This document shows positions 1 through 11,993 of a stretch of 64,000 nucleotides of DNA, one piece after another. This stretch comes from Planctomycetota bacterium (lineage in GTDB: Bacteria > Planctomycetota > B15-G4 > JADJEK01), in NCBI GenBank assembly GCA_044225365.1, contig JBGAIQ010000026.1:1-64000 (forward strand). Reading direction: 5' to 3'. A program made the translations under genes and the position numbers. The notes under the pieces are model-generated. The model was given only the letters and a program-made list of their open reading frames with translations, did not search any database and was not told the DNA's origin. How positions within the stretch are numbered: the stretch's first letter is position 1; each line of letters opens with the position of its first letter.

Positions 1-301
1 GGAGCCCGGCGCTCCTTATTGAATCTCCTTCCCAATTCGCTCCTAGAGGGAAGCGCGAGCGGGAGTCCGTTCGCGAAGCATGCGCGGTCTTCCGCGCGCG
101 GAGTCGAACGGAGCTCCCCTCGCGCACACCGCGTAGAGCGCAAACACTACGCCGCCGCAGGCAACACCAACACAGTGCCCGCACGGCTGGCGGGCGAACG
201 CCAGGACGGCCCTGCGGCCGGAGCGATATGGGGGCCAGTTCGCGGCCCGAGCGAAAGGCCCGCGCGGCCTGAGGGCAACGCCTCGCCCCGCGGCCCGAGC
301 C

Positions 302-3226
302 CTACTCGAATCGATACAGCCCGACGTCGAAGCGGCGAGCGCCGCCGGTGTCGCTCGCTTTGATGGCGATCGTGTTCTTGCCGGGGACGACGATTCCTTT
401 CGGGATCGTGAGGCCGCGGTACTTGTTGTGGGTGTACGAGTCGACTCCGCCGACGAACGTGCCGTTCACGTAGATCTCGGCCTTGTCGTCGACGAGGAGC
501 TCGAACGCATACGTCGCGTCCTTGGCGGGCGCGTCGAATTCGCGACGCAGCCAGAGGGACGGTGTCGGCCACTCCGTGGAGTTCTTGTCGGTCCCCGCGC
601 CGCCGAACGGCGTGTCACCGACGCTCCAAGCCGCCGCCGAGTAGTCAGGGCGCGTGAAATCGACTCCCGGGTCGAGGAGCACGTAACGCCAACTGTTAGG
701 GAGTTCGAGTCCTGGCTGGATCACGGTCGTCATCGACGTGAAGGCGTCGACTTCCTCGGACGCCTCGGGCGGCTCGACTCCGTACAGCTCGACCTCCTTG
801 AATCCGCAAGCCCTGTCCTGACCGTAGCCGGAGTACACGCTCTTCACGGTGACGCGCACCTGCTTCACCGCGACGGCCTTGAACGGGATCCGCTGCTTGA
901 TGCGGGGATCGTCGAGGAGGAAGAATTTCTGCGGCTTGTTGCCGTTGAGCTGGAATTCGATCTCCTTCGGCCGCGACCAGTCGTTGCTCTCGACCGCGTA
1001 GGCCTGCGCCTGCGTCATCTTGAACGCGGTCGCGGTGGGCGGCCGTTTGAATGAGAGGCGAAGCGTCGGATTGGGGTCGTCGTTCTTCGAGAGCCACGAG
1101 GAGCCCATCCGGCCGTCGACGCCCCGCGCCGCCGCGTAGTCCCCGCTCCACTCGGTCGACGCGACCGCGGCGCCCGCGGAATTCTGGACCAAATTCTTAC
1201 CCGCGTCGCGAACGGCTTCGCGGTGACGACTCTCCTCGACGAAGTCGACGTACTGCGTGAGGAGATTGCTCTTCTCCTCCCCGCTCTCCTTGCCTGCGGC
1301 GTCGACGAAGCGCATACGCGCCATCAGATCGAACTTCCCGTTCAAGGTGAGCGAATGTTGGAGCGTGAATCTCTCGAGCAGCGGATTGCCGCCGATCGGC
1401 AGCGGCACCGTACCGACGCGCGCGCCGTTCAGGAGCCAATCGACGGCGGCGATCTTCTCGCCGGACTCGAGGCGGCCCTTCACGGCATCGTTCATCTCTC
1501 CAACCCACGCAACGAGTGGGTTCTCGCGATTCGCGTAGATCGAGAACGCGGACTTGGCATCACCGGCCACGGCGTTGTGACGGATCTTGCTCCCCGTCGC
1601 GCTCGACGCTCGAGTGGCGAACAGGAGCGCGAAGCACGTGTTGCTGTCGCTCTCCCCGTACTCCGTCCCCCACGAGCCGTTCTCGCCCTGCTTCTTGAGC
1701 AGCGCGGCGGCTCCTTCGCTGTACCAGTCGTGCCCCGCGAGCATCCGCTTGCCCCAGATCGATCCGACGCGCTCGAGGCCGTAGATGTAGTAGTAGTCCC
1801 AGCGGTGATTCGGCTGCTTCACGCGCGGAACCTCGAGGTTCTCGTCGAACGACCAGTTGCCCCGCAACCAGTCCTCGCTCTTCACGAGGCCGATCTCGAT
1901 GCGACGGGAGATGCTCTCGAACGCCTTGTTCGTCGCGAGTTGCTCGCGACAGACGAGCAGGCAGGTCATCCCGCCGACGCACATGCTCGCGCTCGGATTG
2001 TGGCCTGCGTTGGGCTTGTAGACGAACGACCCGTAATCGCCCTGCATCTCGAGCAAGTCCTTCGCGACGCGTTCGAAGATCTGCAGCGACACCTTCTCGC
2101 CGCAATGCACCGCGGCTCTCAGGCCAAGCAGTGCGTACTGCGAGTTCGACAGGTCGAAATGCGGCGTCTTGTCGTTCGGAAACCCGTAGCCGTTGGGATA
2201 ACCCCACAGATTCGGGTTGGAGTTCGAACCGCTCTGCATCGCCTCGATCAGTCGCTTCGTGTAGAGCTTGATCTTCTCCTTGGGATAGGGTTCGCCCGCC
2301 TCCTTGAACGCCATGAGTGCGCAACCCATGTCGTAGGTGCGAATGGCATCCCGCGTCGTGATGTAGGCGAGCGCAGCCTTGACGGCGGGATGCGAGGGGC
2401 GCAGACCGCAATGCATCAACGTGTAGGCGCCGAGCGCCGTCATCCCGACCGGGTACATCGGCCAGTCCGGGCCGAGCCACGATCCATCCGGCTGCTGGAG
2501 CGAGAGGAGATACTTCACTCCGCGCTCGAACGAGCGGTCGATCGCTTCATTCGGTGGCGCGCGCTTGCCCGGCCGTACGCGATCGAGGTTCGTCTCGCGC
2601 GTGATCGACACCCGGACCCGCCCCGCCGTGTGCTGCTCCCAGCGCGACGCGAAATTCAATTGCAGGTGGAGCGCGGTTCCCGCCTTCGCGCCGAACGGCT
2701 TCTTCGGCACCAGGATCAGGAGGGCATTGTCGTGGTAGGTCTGGCCTTCGGGACACCAGCCGTTCTCCGGGGAGACGTCGCCGTCGATCACCGTTCCCGC
2801 GTCCTGCGCGGGATTCTGCGAGTGATCGCTCGCCGCCTCGCGGAACGGAAGCTTCTCGGGGCCTCCGAAGAGGCCGATCGCTTCGACGTCCGCAGTCACT
2901 TCCGAGAGAACGATGTTCCCGTTGAACGCTCGTCCCGGTCCACCTCCCGGCAGCGAGTCGAAGGTCATGCACTCGATTCGGATCGCCTGGATCTCGAGCT
3001 CGTTGGTCTCGAAAAAGAGGTCGTAGGCCGTGTTCGGCGGATTCACCCCTTCTGCCACGACCGACTTGTCGTCGAGGATGCGAAGCGTCACGCCGTTCGT
3101 CGCCGTTGCGGTCTTGGGAGCGAGAGGAATCCACTCCGCCGGAGGCGGATCCTCACGTCCGAATGCGCTCGAGGCTTGCGCCGTCAGGAGCAAGACGGCG
3201 ACGAGATGACGAAAGGTCGCTCGCAT
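302..3226 (-). CDS. Secreted multidomain protein: galactose-binding-like domain, prenyltransferase/squalene-oxidase-like alpha/alpha barrel, discoidin (F5/8C)-like domain and C-terminal GH2-type sugar-binding-like domain
   Basis: Signal peptide MRATFRHLVAVLLLTAQASSAFG; QW-like barrel repeats (LLSLQQPDGSW, LLKKQGENGSWG, SNSQYALLGLRAA, YYYIYGLERVG); DGRMGSSWLS discoidin-like segment; LWLRREF...DDKAEIYVNG...GKNTIAIK. Start set to the ATG at 3226. Confidence 0.75.
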   Translation of the reverse strand: MRATFRHLVAVLLLTAQASSAFGREDPPPAEWIPLAPKTATATNGVTLRILDDKSVVAEGVNPPNTAYDLFFETNELEIQAIRIECMTFDSLPGGGPGRAFNGNIVLSEVTADVEAIGLFGGPEKLPFREAASDHSQNPAQDAGTVIDGDVSPENGWCPEGQTYHDNALLILVPKKPFGAKAGTALHLQLNFASRWEQHTAGRVRVSITRETNLDRVRPGKRAPPNEAIDRSFERGVKYLLSLQQPDGSWLGPDWPMYPVGMTALGAYTLMHCGLRPSHPAVKAALAYITTRDAIRTYDMGCALMAFKEAGEPYPKEKIKLYTKRLIEAMQSGSNSNPNLWGYPNGYGFPNDKTPHFDLSNSQYALLGLRAAVHCGEKVSLQIFERVAKDLLEMQGDYGSFVYKPNAGHNPSASMCVGGMTCLLVCREQLATNKAFESISRRIEIGLVKSEDWLRGNWSFDENLEVPRVKQPNHRWDYYYIYGLERVGSIWGKRMLAGHDWYSEGAAALLKKQGENGSWGTEYGESDSNTCFALLFATRASSATGSKIRHNAVAGDAKSAFSIYANRENPLVAWVGEMNDAVKGRLESGEKIAAVDWLLNGARVGTVPLPIGGNPLLERFTLQHSLTLNGKFDLMARMRFVDAAGKESGEEKSNLLTQYVDFVEESRHREAVRDAGKNLVQNSAGAAVASTEWSGDYAAARGVDGRMGSSWLSKNDDPNPTLRLSFKRPPTATAFKMTQAQAYAVESNDWSRPKEIEFQLNGNKPQKFFLLDDPRIKQRIPFKAVAVKQVRVTVKSVYSGYGQDRACGFKEVELYGVEPPEASEEVDAFTSMTTVIQPGLELPNSWRYVLLDPGVDFTRPDYSAAAWSVGDTPFGGAGTDKNSTEWPTPSLWLRREFDAPAKDATYAFELLVDDKAEIYVNGTFVGGVDSYTHNKYRGLTIPKGIVVPGKNTIAIKASDTGGARRFDVGLYRFE

Positions 3227-3365
3227 CGTGATTCGCACTCTCAAGGCGCTCGGCCCATTCGCAATCCAACGGTGAACTCCCGTTCCGCGACGGTCGCACC
3301 CGCAGATCGCCGGGGAAGTGTAATGCCGAGACCGAGGATTCGCGAATGCGTGGATCGCATTCTCT

Positions 3366-5234
3366 TCACTTGCCGTCGGACGGTCCCTCGGTCGTAAGGC
3401 TCTCGTAGAGGGTCATCGCGTCGGGATACGCGTTCTTGTTGACCGTGAGCAGCGTGTAGAGCTCCCGTTTCGCGCCGTCCTTGTCCCCCTTCGCCAGTTT
3501 CAGACGCGCGAGTCCGTAGCGACAGTCGATCGCGAACGGATCGGCCGCGAGCGCCCGCTCGAGGAGCGGCTGCGCGGTCGCGAAGTCTTTCGACTCGAGA
3601 GCGAGGATCCCGGCGAGAGCCAATGCCGGACCGTACTCGGGGTCCGCGGCGAGGGCGGCGTCGATCTCTCCCCGCAAGTGAGCGAGATCCCCAGAGGATC
3701 GAAAGAACCGGGCTCGTAGGAGCCGGGCTTCGCATTCGCCCGGGTCGATCTCGAGGATCGCATTCGTGATGCCGAGGAGGGACGCGGCATCACCACGAGC
3801 CAGCGCTTCGGCCGCGAGGCCGAGGCGGCGATCCCGCCGCCGAATGGTCGCCGCGATCGAGGACTCGAACGCACTCGCGCGCGCGGCCAGTTCGACGGCC
3901 TGCGGAGTCGGCGCCCCTCCGATGGCGAGCGCGCCCCACAGGAACGACGCGAACGAATCGCGGGGAGTAACATTCGCTTCGATCGCAGCGAGGATGGGAT
4001 CCGAGGTGATGACTTCGATGCGGTCCCCATCGCCCTTTCGCAACAATCGCCGTCGTTCGTCGTACGCACTCGTCGGCGGGTCGTCGAAAGGCCGTAGAGT
4101 GAGCCTGCGAAATGAATCGGGCGCTGCGCTCTCGATCGGTCCGGGAACGACCTTCTGCTGGAAGGCACCCTTCTGCTTCAGTTCCAGGAACCAGCGCAGG
4201 AACTCACGGCGAGGCTCGCTCGGCAGCGAGTCGGAGGCGACGAGCGAATCGAAGAGAGTTCGCGCGACGATCTGCTGCCCCTCGGGGTTCGGATGAACAC
4301 CATCGAGGAACAGCGAGTAGGGTTCGAACGATCGCAGCGCATCGCCGACCTCCGCGACCGGGACGCTGCTCGAACTCGCGACGCGCCGCACCACGGCCAT
4401 TCGCTCGTCGAATCCCTTGTCGATCGCGCGGAGCCCACGGTCGAGGGTGGAGATCGCGACCAACAGCTTGCCGCCGCTTTCGCGGACCGCGGCGACAGAG
4501 GCTTTCAGATGATCGTCCAACTGAGCGAGCGGAACTCGACACTTCGTGGCGTCCTTCTGTACCGCGAGCTCGATCTGCTTCGGCAACTCGTAGTGTGCAG
4601 GAGCGATGCCGAGGAGTCGTACGATACGACGCTGGCGCAGCCAGTTCGAGAAACTGCGATGTTCCGAAGCACGATCGGCGTCGCTCATCGAAGGGGCGAA
4701 TGTCGCATCGTTGAAGACGGTCGGCATGTCGATCACGAGATCGGGCGCGTAGCGCGGGATCTCGATCTCGAGTTGACGGCGAGTCTGGAACGTCGAGTAC
4801 CCGACGACTCCGAACGACAACACTTCGAACTCGCGGACTCCTTCGTAGGCGCGGTTCAAGATCGTCTCGAGGCGATGGGTCCACGTGTCCTCCTCGCGGA
4901 CACCGAGGCCGAAGGTGCATGAGTCGCCGACGCAGACGATCCGAAAGACTCCCGGCCGCTTCTTATCGCCGAATTGTTTGCCGCGATAACCGAGCGAATT
5001 CGTGCGGTAGTACCCGAGGAATTCGGAGTCCGGCGCATAGCGATACAGGAGGTCGCGATCCCACACGATCACGTCTTCGGGGGATGCAATGCCCGCACCA
5101 GGATCGATCGCGAGCCGACCCTTCGGCGGCGCGATGTCGAGTACGGTCAGTACGACTTCGACGACGCCGAGCACGCCGAGCGCGAGGGGCAGCGAGAGCG
5201 CGATCAAGAGTCCGCGAGCGGCTGCCTTGGACAT
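3366..5234 (-). CDS. Membrane-anchored SGNH/GDSL hydrolase with C-terminal TPR repeats
   Basis: N-terminal TM helix; blocks GDSCTFG, GVVGYST, FND, DGVHPN; TPR-like helical repeats at the C-terminus. Start at MSKAAARG is inferred. Confidence 0.8.
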   Translation of the reverse strand: MSKAAARGLLIALSLPLALGVLGVVEVVLTVLDIAPPKGRLAIDPGAGIASPEDVIVWDRDLLYRYAPDSEFLGYYRTNSLGYRGKQFGDKKRPGVFRIVCVGDSCTFGLGVREEDTWTHRLETILNRAYEGVREFEVLSFGVVGYSTFQTRRQLEIEIPRYAPDLVIDMPTVFNDATFAPSMSDADRASEHRSFSNWLRQRRIVRLLGIAPAHYELPKQIELAVQKDATKCRVPLAQLDDHLKASVAAVRESGGKLLVAISTLDRGLRAIDKGFDERMAVVRRVASSSSVPVAEVGDALRSFEPYSLFLDGVHPNPEGQQIVARTLFDSLVASDSLPSEPRREFLRWFLELKQKGAFQQKVVPGPIESAAPDSFRRLTLRPFDDPPTSAYDERRRLLRKGDGDRIEVITSDPILAAIEANVTPRDSFASFLWGALAIGGAPTPQAVELAARASAFESSIAATIRRRDRRLGLAAEALARGDAASLLGITNAILEIDPGECEARLLRARFFRSSGDLAHLRGEIDAALAADPEYGPALALAGILALESKDFATAQPLLERALAADPFAIDCRYGLARLKLAKGDKDGAKRELYTLLTVNKNAYPDAMTLYESLTTEGPSDGK

Positions 5235-5304
5235 GACTTCGATTCCATTCACCGAGATGGACCGAGGGTCTTCGTGAACCCAATGGTCGTCGGAATCCAA
5301 GGAA

Positions 5305-6120
5305 TCATAGGAGCGCGTGGATCCGATCGCGCCACGGCGCCGGGATCCGCTCGCTCAGGATTCGCTCGATGTCCGACCGCGTGTAACGCGCCGAGAAGTG
5401 CGTGAGCAGGATCGCCTCGTTCTCGAACATCGCGAGGCGATCGAGAATCTCGGAAAGGTGCGTATGGCCTCGCTCGCGCGCTTTGCCGACGGGATGCTCG
5501 TTCGCGAGGTACGTCGCTTCGAGGATCAGGAGCTTCGCGCGGCGCGCCCACTCGCATCGCTCGATCGCCTCGATGCGCGTGTCGCCGGAGAACGCCACGA
5601 GCGGAGTGTCGACGACGACGGTGAGCGATTCTCCGGCGGCACGGCGCCTGCCGATCTCCTCGCCGGAGAGTCCCGCGAATTGGGGAAGCAGCTTGTTCGC
5701 GCGCTCGAACAGCACACAACCCTGACTCGCCACTCGATGATCCGTCGCGAACGTCCGTAGGGAGAGGTCACGACGGAGCACGATCTCATCCCCTGGCGCG
5801 ACGGCCGCGATCCTTCGGGGGAGCGGCGCTTCACCGAGGGCGCCCATCGCCGAGAAGACCGACTCGAGTTGGGGAGCGATCGTGGGGAGCGAATAGTAAT
5901 TCGCGGGCCCCGCCGAGTTGAGGCTCCGCAGGCCCGCATGGAGCGCGATCGCTCCACAGTGATCGATATGCCCGTGGCTGATGAAGACGTGATCGACGCC
6001 GGCCGTGCGCGAAAGGCACCGGCCGACGTCGAACATCACGTTCAATTCCGGCAGGACGATCGAGGTCTCGATCGCCGCGGTCGAGACGCCCTCGACCAGG
6101 ATTCCGGCATAACGGGTCAC
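5305..6120 (-). CDS. rnz: Metallo-beta-lactamase-fold ribonuclease Z (TM/plant-type tRNase Z-like)
   Basis: Motifs EGVS, MFDVGRC, SHGHIDH, FSGDT, LILEATY, GHTH, THFSARY. Confidence 0.75.
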   Translation of the reverse strand: MTRYAGILVEGVSTAAIETSIVLPELNVMFDVGRCLSRTAGVDHVFISHGHIDHCGAIALHAGLRSLNSAGPANYYSLPTIAPQLESVFSAMGALGEAPLPRRIAAVAPGDEIVLRRDLSLRTFATDHRVASQGCVLFERANKLLPQFAGLSGEEIGRRRAAGESLTVVVDTPLVAFSGDTRIEAIERCEWARRAKLLILEATYLANEHPVGKARERGHTHLSEILDRLAMFENEAILLTHFSARYTRSDIERILSERIPAPWRDRIHALL

Positions 6121-6214
6121 ACCAGAGATCTTAAGGGCATACCGGGAATCTCAGGAGCGCGATCCAGGATCGATGCGGCTTCTCCGAGACTCATGGACTC
6201 TCGTCGCCGGAGGG

Positions 6215-6685
6215 TCAGCTCTTGACCTTGATCTTCACTTCCTTCGGCTTGCTCACTTCCATCTTGGGGAGCTTCACCATGAGGACGCCGTTCTTGAACG
6301 ACGCCTCGGCCCGATCGGCGCTGACCTCGGCCGGCAGCTCCACGGCGCGGCGGAAACCGCCGTAGCGGCATTCATAGCGATGGACGTTGTCCTTCTCGGA
6401 CTTCTCTTCGTGTCGCTTCTCGCCCATGAGCGTGAGCACGTTGTTCTCGCAGGTGATCTTCACGTCCTCGGCCGAGAGGCCAGGGACTTCGGCGGTGACT
6501 TCGATCGCGTCGCCACGATCGATCACGTTCACCGGGGGAGAGAAAGCGCCCGCGACGACCGGGTTCTGACCATCCTGAAGCGTCGCGCTGTTCAGGAAAT
6601 CGCGACCGAAGACGCGGTCGATCCAACGATCGAATTCGTCATGGAGCAGGGAAACGGGAGCGGATTGCCAACGAACGAGTTTCAT
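6215..6685 (-). CDS. Hsp20/alpha-crystallin small heat shock protein
   Basis: PPVNV...AEVPG...VLTLMGEK...YGGFRR..ELP...ASFKNGVL; RBS GAGGAGG before the ATG at 6685. Confidence 0.93.
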   Translation of the reverse strand: MKLVRWQSAPVSLLHDEFDRWIDRVFGRDFLNSATLQDGQNPVVAGAFSPPVNVIDRGDAIEVTAEVPGLSAEDVKITCENNVLTLMGEKRHEEKSEKDNVHRYECRYGGFRRAVELPAEVSADRAEASFKNGVLMVKLPKMEVSKPKEVKIKVKS

Positions 6686-6770
6686 GGGTTCCTCCTCGAT
6701 TTCGAGATGGTTGACATCGTGAAGGGCCTCGCGAGTCCTTGCGACTTGGGGCCCGCCGTCGTCGTGGGAA

Positions 6771-6788
6771 ATGCAAGCTCGATGCCAA
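6771..6788 (-). promoter_or_regulatory. Sigma54 (-24/-12) promoter of hsp20
   Basis: Minus strand TTGGCATCGAGCTTGCAT has GG-N10-GC spacing and is near consensus (TGGCAC-N5-TTGCW). Confidence 0.8.
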
Positions 6789-7024
6789 TTCGCCCCGAGC
6801 GCCCAGCGACTTTGCGTCACAAAGCAGAATCCCCTCGATCGCACTCGATTTAGGTGAGTTTCGCCTCCGGTCTCGGGTCGGACCGACGAACGGTCGGGGG
6901 ACAGGACCGAAGAACGGCCTTGCGGAAATCTTGTCGGGCTCGCGAACACTCCCCCGCGTCAAGGTGACCTCTACGTTCGTCGCAGGGCGTCACGTTGCTT
7001 TCCCCGACTTTGCTCCCGCAAGTT

Positions 7025-7041
7025 TGGGTATGCGCCGTGCG
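7025..7041 (+). promoter_or_regulatory. Possible sigma54 promoter of the usp-activator-kinase operon
   Basis: TGGGTATGCGCCGTGCG has GG-N10-GC spacing about 45 nt upstream of the usp ATG; weaker match to consensus. Confidence 0.4.
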
Positions 7042-7086
7042 TTGATCACGCTACACGGTCCGGATCTCATTTCTCCGGAGGGACCC

Positions 7087-7560
7087 ATGGAACCCATGGA
7101 ACAGCATTCTCAGCTCGATGTCCGCCGCATCCTCTGTCCCGTCGACTTTTCGAACGAATCGCTCGATGCACTGCGATGCGCGGGGAAGATCGCGACGGCC
7201 TTTGGTGCCGAGTTGATCATCGTCCATGCCGTCGAACCGATGCCCTACCCGGTCGAGTTCGGCCCGCTCCCGGCGCTCTTCACGGACGCCGAGCCGGTGC
7301 TGTTGAAGCGCTCTCGAGAGCAGCTCGAGTCTCTGCGGCAAAAGGAGTTAGCGACGCTGCAGAACTGCCGGACGACCGTCGAGGTCGGGATCGCCGAGCA
7401 CGCGATCTGCGAGGCAGGAAAACGGGAGAAGGTCGATCTGATCGTGCTCTCGACGCATGGCCGCAGCGGCCTTTCACATCTTCTGCTCGGCAGCGTCGCG
7501 GAGCGCGTCCTGCGTTTCTCGCACTGCCCGGTGTTGACCATCAAACCGAGCCCGAGGTGA
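7087..7560 (+). CDS. Universal stress protein (UspA family)
   Basis: ILCPVDFS; DLIVLSTHGRSG..LLLGSVAERVLR...CPVLTI; RBS GGAGGG before the ATG at 7087. Confidence 0.93.
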   Translation: MEPMEQHSQLDVRRILCPVDFSNESLDALRCAGKIATAFGAELIIVHAVEPMPYPVEFGPLPALFTDAEPVLLKRSREQLESLRQKELATLQNCRTTVEVGIAEHAICEAGKREKVDLIVLSTHGRSGLSHLLLGSVAERVLRFSHCPVLTIKPSPR

Positions 7561-7563
7561 ATC

Positions 7564-9251
<1,688 letters not shown>

Positions 9252-9255
<4 letters not shown>

Positions 9256-10727
9256 TTCGAGCGGTTCAACGCGATCGACCGGTTCGGCTGCTCATCGCAG
9301 ACGACAATCGGGACTTCGCGTCGAACGTCGCCGATCTGGCACGCCTCCACGGCTTCGATGCGCGCATCGTGCATTCGATCGCGCAGGCAAACCACGCTAC
9401 GCACGAGACTGCGTTCGACGTGGCGTTCATCGATCACCGCCTACCGGACGGTCGCGGCGTCGATCTCATCGGTCGTTGGCGCGTCGAGAGTCCGGACATC
9501 GTTCCGATCGTCTCGACGGCTTTTGCCTCGATCGACTCGACATTGGCAGCACTCAATCACGGTGCGTTCGCGCTCGTCACGAAGGACAGTGAACCCGAGG
9601 TCATCGTCGACGCGCTGCTTCGTGCGGCGGAGAACGCGATGCTTCGCCGCGAGAATCGCAACCTGCGCGACACGCAGGAGTCGATCCTCGCCGCGCTCCC
9701 CGACCAACTCCTCCTCGTCGATCGCAAACTCAACGTGCACTCGGCCAACCGGCGGGATCCGATCCTCTGCCATCAGGCTCCGGCGCCGCAGCTTCCATGT
9801 CTCCTCGTCGACTTCTTCGCGCCGACCGTGGGCGACCGAGTCGATTGGAGGCATCTCCTGCAGGACGGAAACGGTGCCGATACGCGCGAAGTCAGCCTCA
9901 CGCTGCGCGTCGAGGGCGACTCCACTCGATCGTACGGCGTTCGTGCGACGCGCTTGAAGGCGAGCAGCGAAGGACTCTTCCTCGTTCAACTCGTCGACGT
10001 CACCGACCGCGTCGATCTCGTGCGTCGCCTCTCCGAATCCGAGGGTCTCGCGACGCTCGGCCGTCTCGTTGCGATCATCGCGCACGAATTGCGCAATCCG
10101 ATCACCGGAGTCCGAGCGCTCGCACAGATGCTGAAGAAGACGCTTGGCCCCGCGCACGCCGATGCAGAAAGTGTCGACGAGATCCTCGCACTCACCGGTC
10201 GCATGAGCACGACACTCGCCGACATCCTCGCCTATTCCCGACCTCGGGAATGGAAGGAAGAACCGGTCGACCTTTGCGAACTCGTGAGCCGAATCGTCCG
10301 TGACGGTCGGCGCTGGCCCGCCTCCGAGGGCCGAACACTCGAACTCGACGTCGCCGAAAACCCTGGGGCGATCATGGTGCGGGGAGAACGCGAACGACTC
10401 TACTCCGCCGTCTCGAACCTCGCGGAGAACGCGCTGCATGCCTGCGAAGAAGGCGGCAAGGTCCGCGTCCGCCTCCGATCGGATGCGACGAACGCGTGGA
10501 TCACCGTCGAAGACACCGGACCCGGGATCCCGGAAGCTCAGGTCAAACGCGTGTTCGATCCGTTCTTCAGCACGAAGAAGGGCGGCACGGGTCTCGGCCT
10601 TCCGATCGTGAAGACGATCGTGGACCGCCACGGCGGGACGATCGACATCGCGCGCTCCGAGGATCTGGGCGGCGCCGCAATTACCATCCGCCTTCCGCTC
10701 GCCTGCAGCGGCGAGCCGACTTCCTGA
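9252..10727 (+). CDS. Hybrid REC-PAS-like-HisKA-HATPase sensor kinase
   Basis: N-terminal REC (LIADD, IDHRLPDG); H-box IAHELRNP; N-box NLAENA; DTGPG; FDPFFSTK; GTGLGL; ATGA overlap with the upstream gene. Confidence 0.9.
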
Positions 10728-10730
10728 CGA

Positions 10731-11915
10731 TCAGATATCGCCGCCGAGCCAGGTGTCGTCGGTCACAGGGGGCAACACGATCCGGAACGTTGCTCCGGTG
10801 TTGCCACGCGGGAGGCACTCGATGCGGCCGCCATGCGCCATCGCGACGTCGCTACAGAAAGGCAGGCCGAGCCCCATCGAGCCTTCCCGCGTCGTGAAGA
10901 GGGGCTCGAAGATACGCGGCCGATGAGGATCGCTCACCCCCGGACCGTCGTCCTCGACGAGGAATTCACAACCGCCGATCGCCGTCGCGGTCGCACGAAC
11001 TCGGATGCGACCGACCCGCCCCGCATTCGTATAGGACTCCGCTGCATTCTTCATCAGGTGCGCCAGGGCGCGCACGAGATCGGTCGCCGCGCACCGCACC
11101 GCGAGATCGCTCGGTTCGACTGCGCATTCGATCGTGCTGCCGTGAGCGTCCCCCACTTGAGCGACGGCCTCCTCGAGCAATTCCGCGACGAGAACCCGCT
11201 GACGACCCGGCCGCTTTGCTCGCGCGAACTCCACGAGTCGATCCGCGATCGCACCGATCCTTCTCGCCGACCGAGCAATCCGCTCGGCATGCTCACGGCC
11301 TTCCGATTCGACGCTGATCGCGCGACGAAGGAGAAGAACGCTCGTGTGGATCACTCCGAGCAGGTTCTTCATTTCGCTGCTGATCGCCGTCGCGATGCGC
11401 TGGATCACGTGGGAGCGCTCGTTCGCGATCACCCGCGCGACCGCATCGCGCTGGTAGGTATCGAGCATGATCGTCAACTCGAGATCGAGGATCTTCTGGA
11501 CCGCGCAGACTCGATCGACTCGCTCTTCGTCGCTCGCGGCCTCCTGCTCCATGGCGAGGCGCGTGAGATGCTCGCGGATCACTCCCATCGCGAGCGGCAT
11601 GAATCGCTCCGGCAGGGCGATCGCGACGTGCCGCCGCCCGATCCGCGAGCGCAGGTCGAAATAGCTTCCGTCGTAGGGGCCGACGAACAGCCGCGATGCC
11701 CACTCTCGGAGCGACTTCTTCAGCGACGATACTCGGTGCGGATCCGCGAGAATGGCTGCCGCTTCCGGCTCTTCCAGAACTCGCGCGTAGAAGTCGTCGA
11801 GCAACGAGTCGATCCGCCCGCCGAGCGCAGCCTGCATCGATCCCAACATCTCGACGTCGCGCGTCGAGAACCGCAAGTATCGCTGCATGGATTCGAAGGA
11901 CGCGCGCTCGGCCAT
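10731..11915 (-). CDS. Protoglobin-coupled histidine-kinase-like protein lacking the phosphoacceptor His
   Basis: Sensor globin (DDFYARV...RIGRRHVAIALPERFM...KILDLEL); H-box reads ISSEMKNLL; HATPase boxes KNAAE, DDGPG, IFEPLFTT, GLGL. Alternative start at 11927. Confidence 0.85.
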   Translation of the reverse strand: MAERASFESMQRYLRFSTRDVEMLGSMQAALGGRIDSLLDDFYARVLEEPEAAAILADPHRVSSLKKSLREWASRLFVGPYDGSYFDLRSRIGRRHVAIALPERFMPLAMGVIREHLTRLAMEQEAASDEERVDRVCAVQKILDLELTIMLDTYQRDAVARVIANERSHVIQRIATAISSEMKNLLGVIHTSVLLLRRAISVESEGREHAERIARSARRIGAIADRLVEFARAKRPGRQRVLVAELLEEAVAQVGDAHGSTIECAVEPSDLAVRCAATDLVRALAHLMKNAAESYTNAGRVGRIRVRATATAIGGCEFLVEDDGPGVSDPHRPRIFEPLFTTREGSMGLGLPFCSDVAMAHGGRIECLPRGNTGATFRIVLPPVTDDTWLGGDI

Positions 11916-11993
11916 TGCCGAGAGCATAACGCAGACCGATTGCGAAGGACCATCGTTCTTCCCAACCCGCGAGCGACGGGATCGAATCGACCC

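Noticed and set aside
241-300. 12-bp direct repeat CGCGGCCCGAGC at 241-252 and 289-300
   Set aside because: Short and GC-rich, so plausible by chance; no associated element is visible.
302-3226. Squalene-hopene cyclase
   Set aside because: Single barrel, no DxDD motif, and it carries a signal peptide and sugar-binding-like domains.
7042-7055. FNR-like box TTGATCACGCTACA upstream of usp
   Set aside because: Only the left half-site matches TTGAT-N4-ATCAA.
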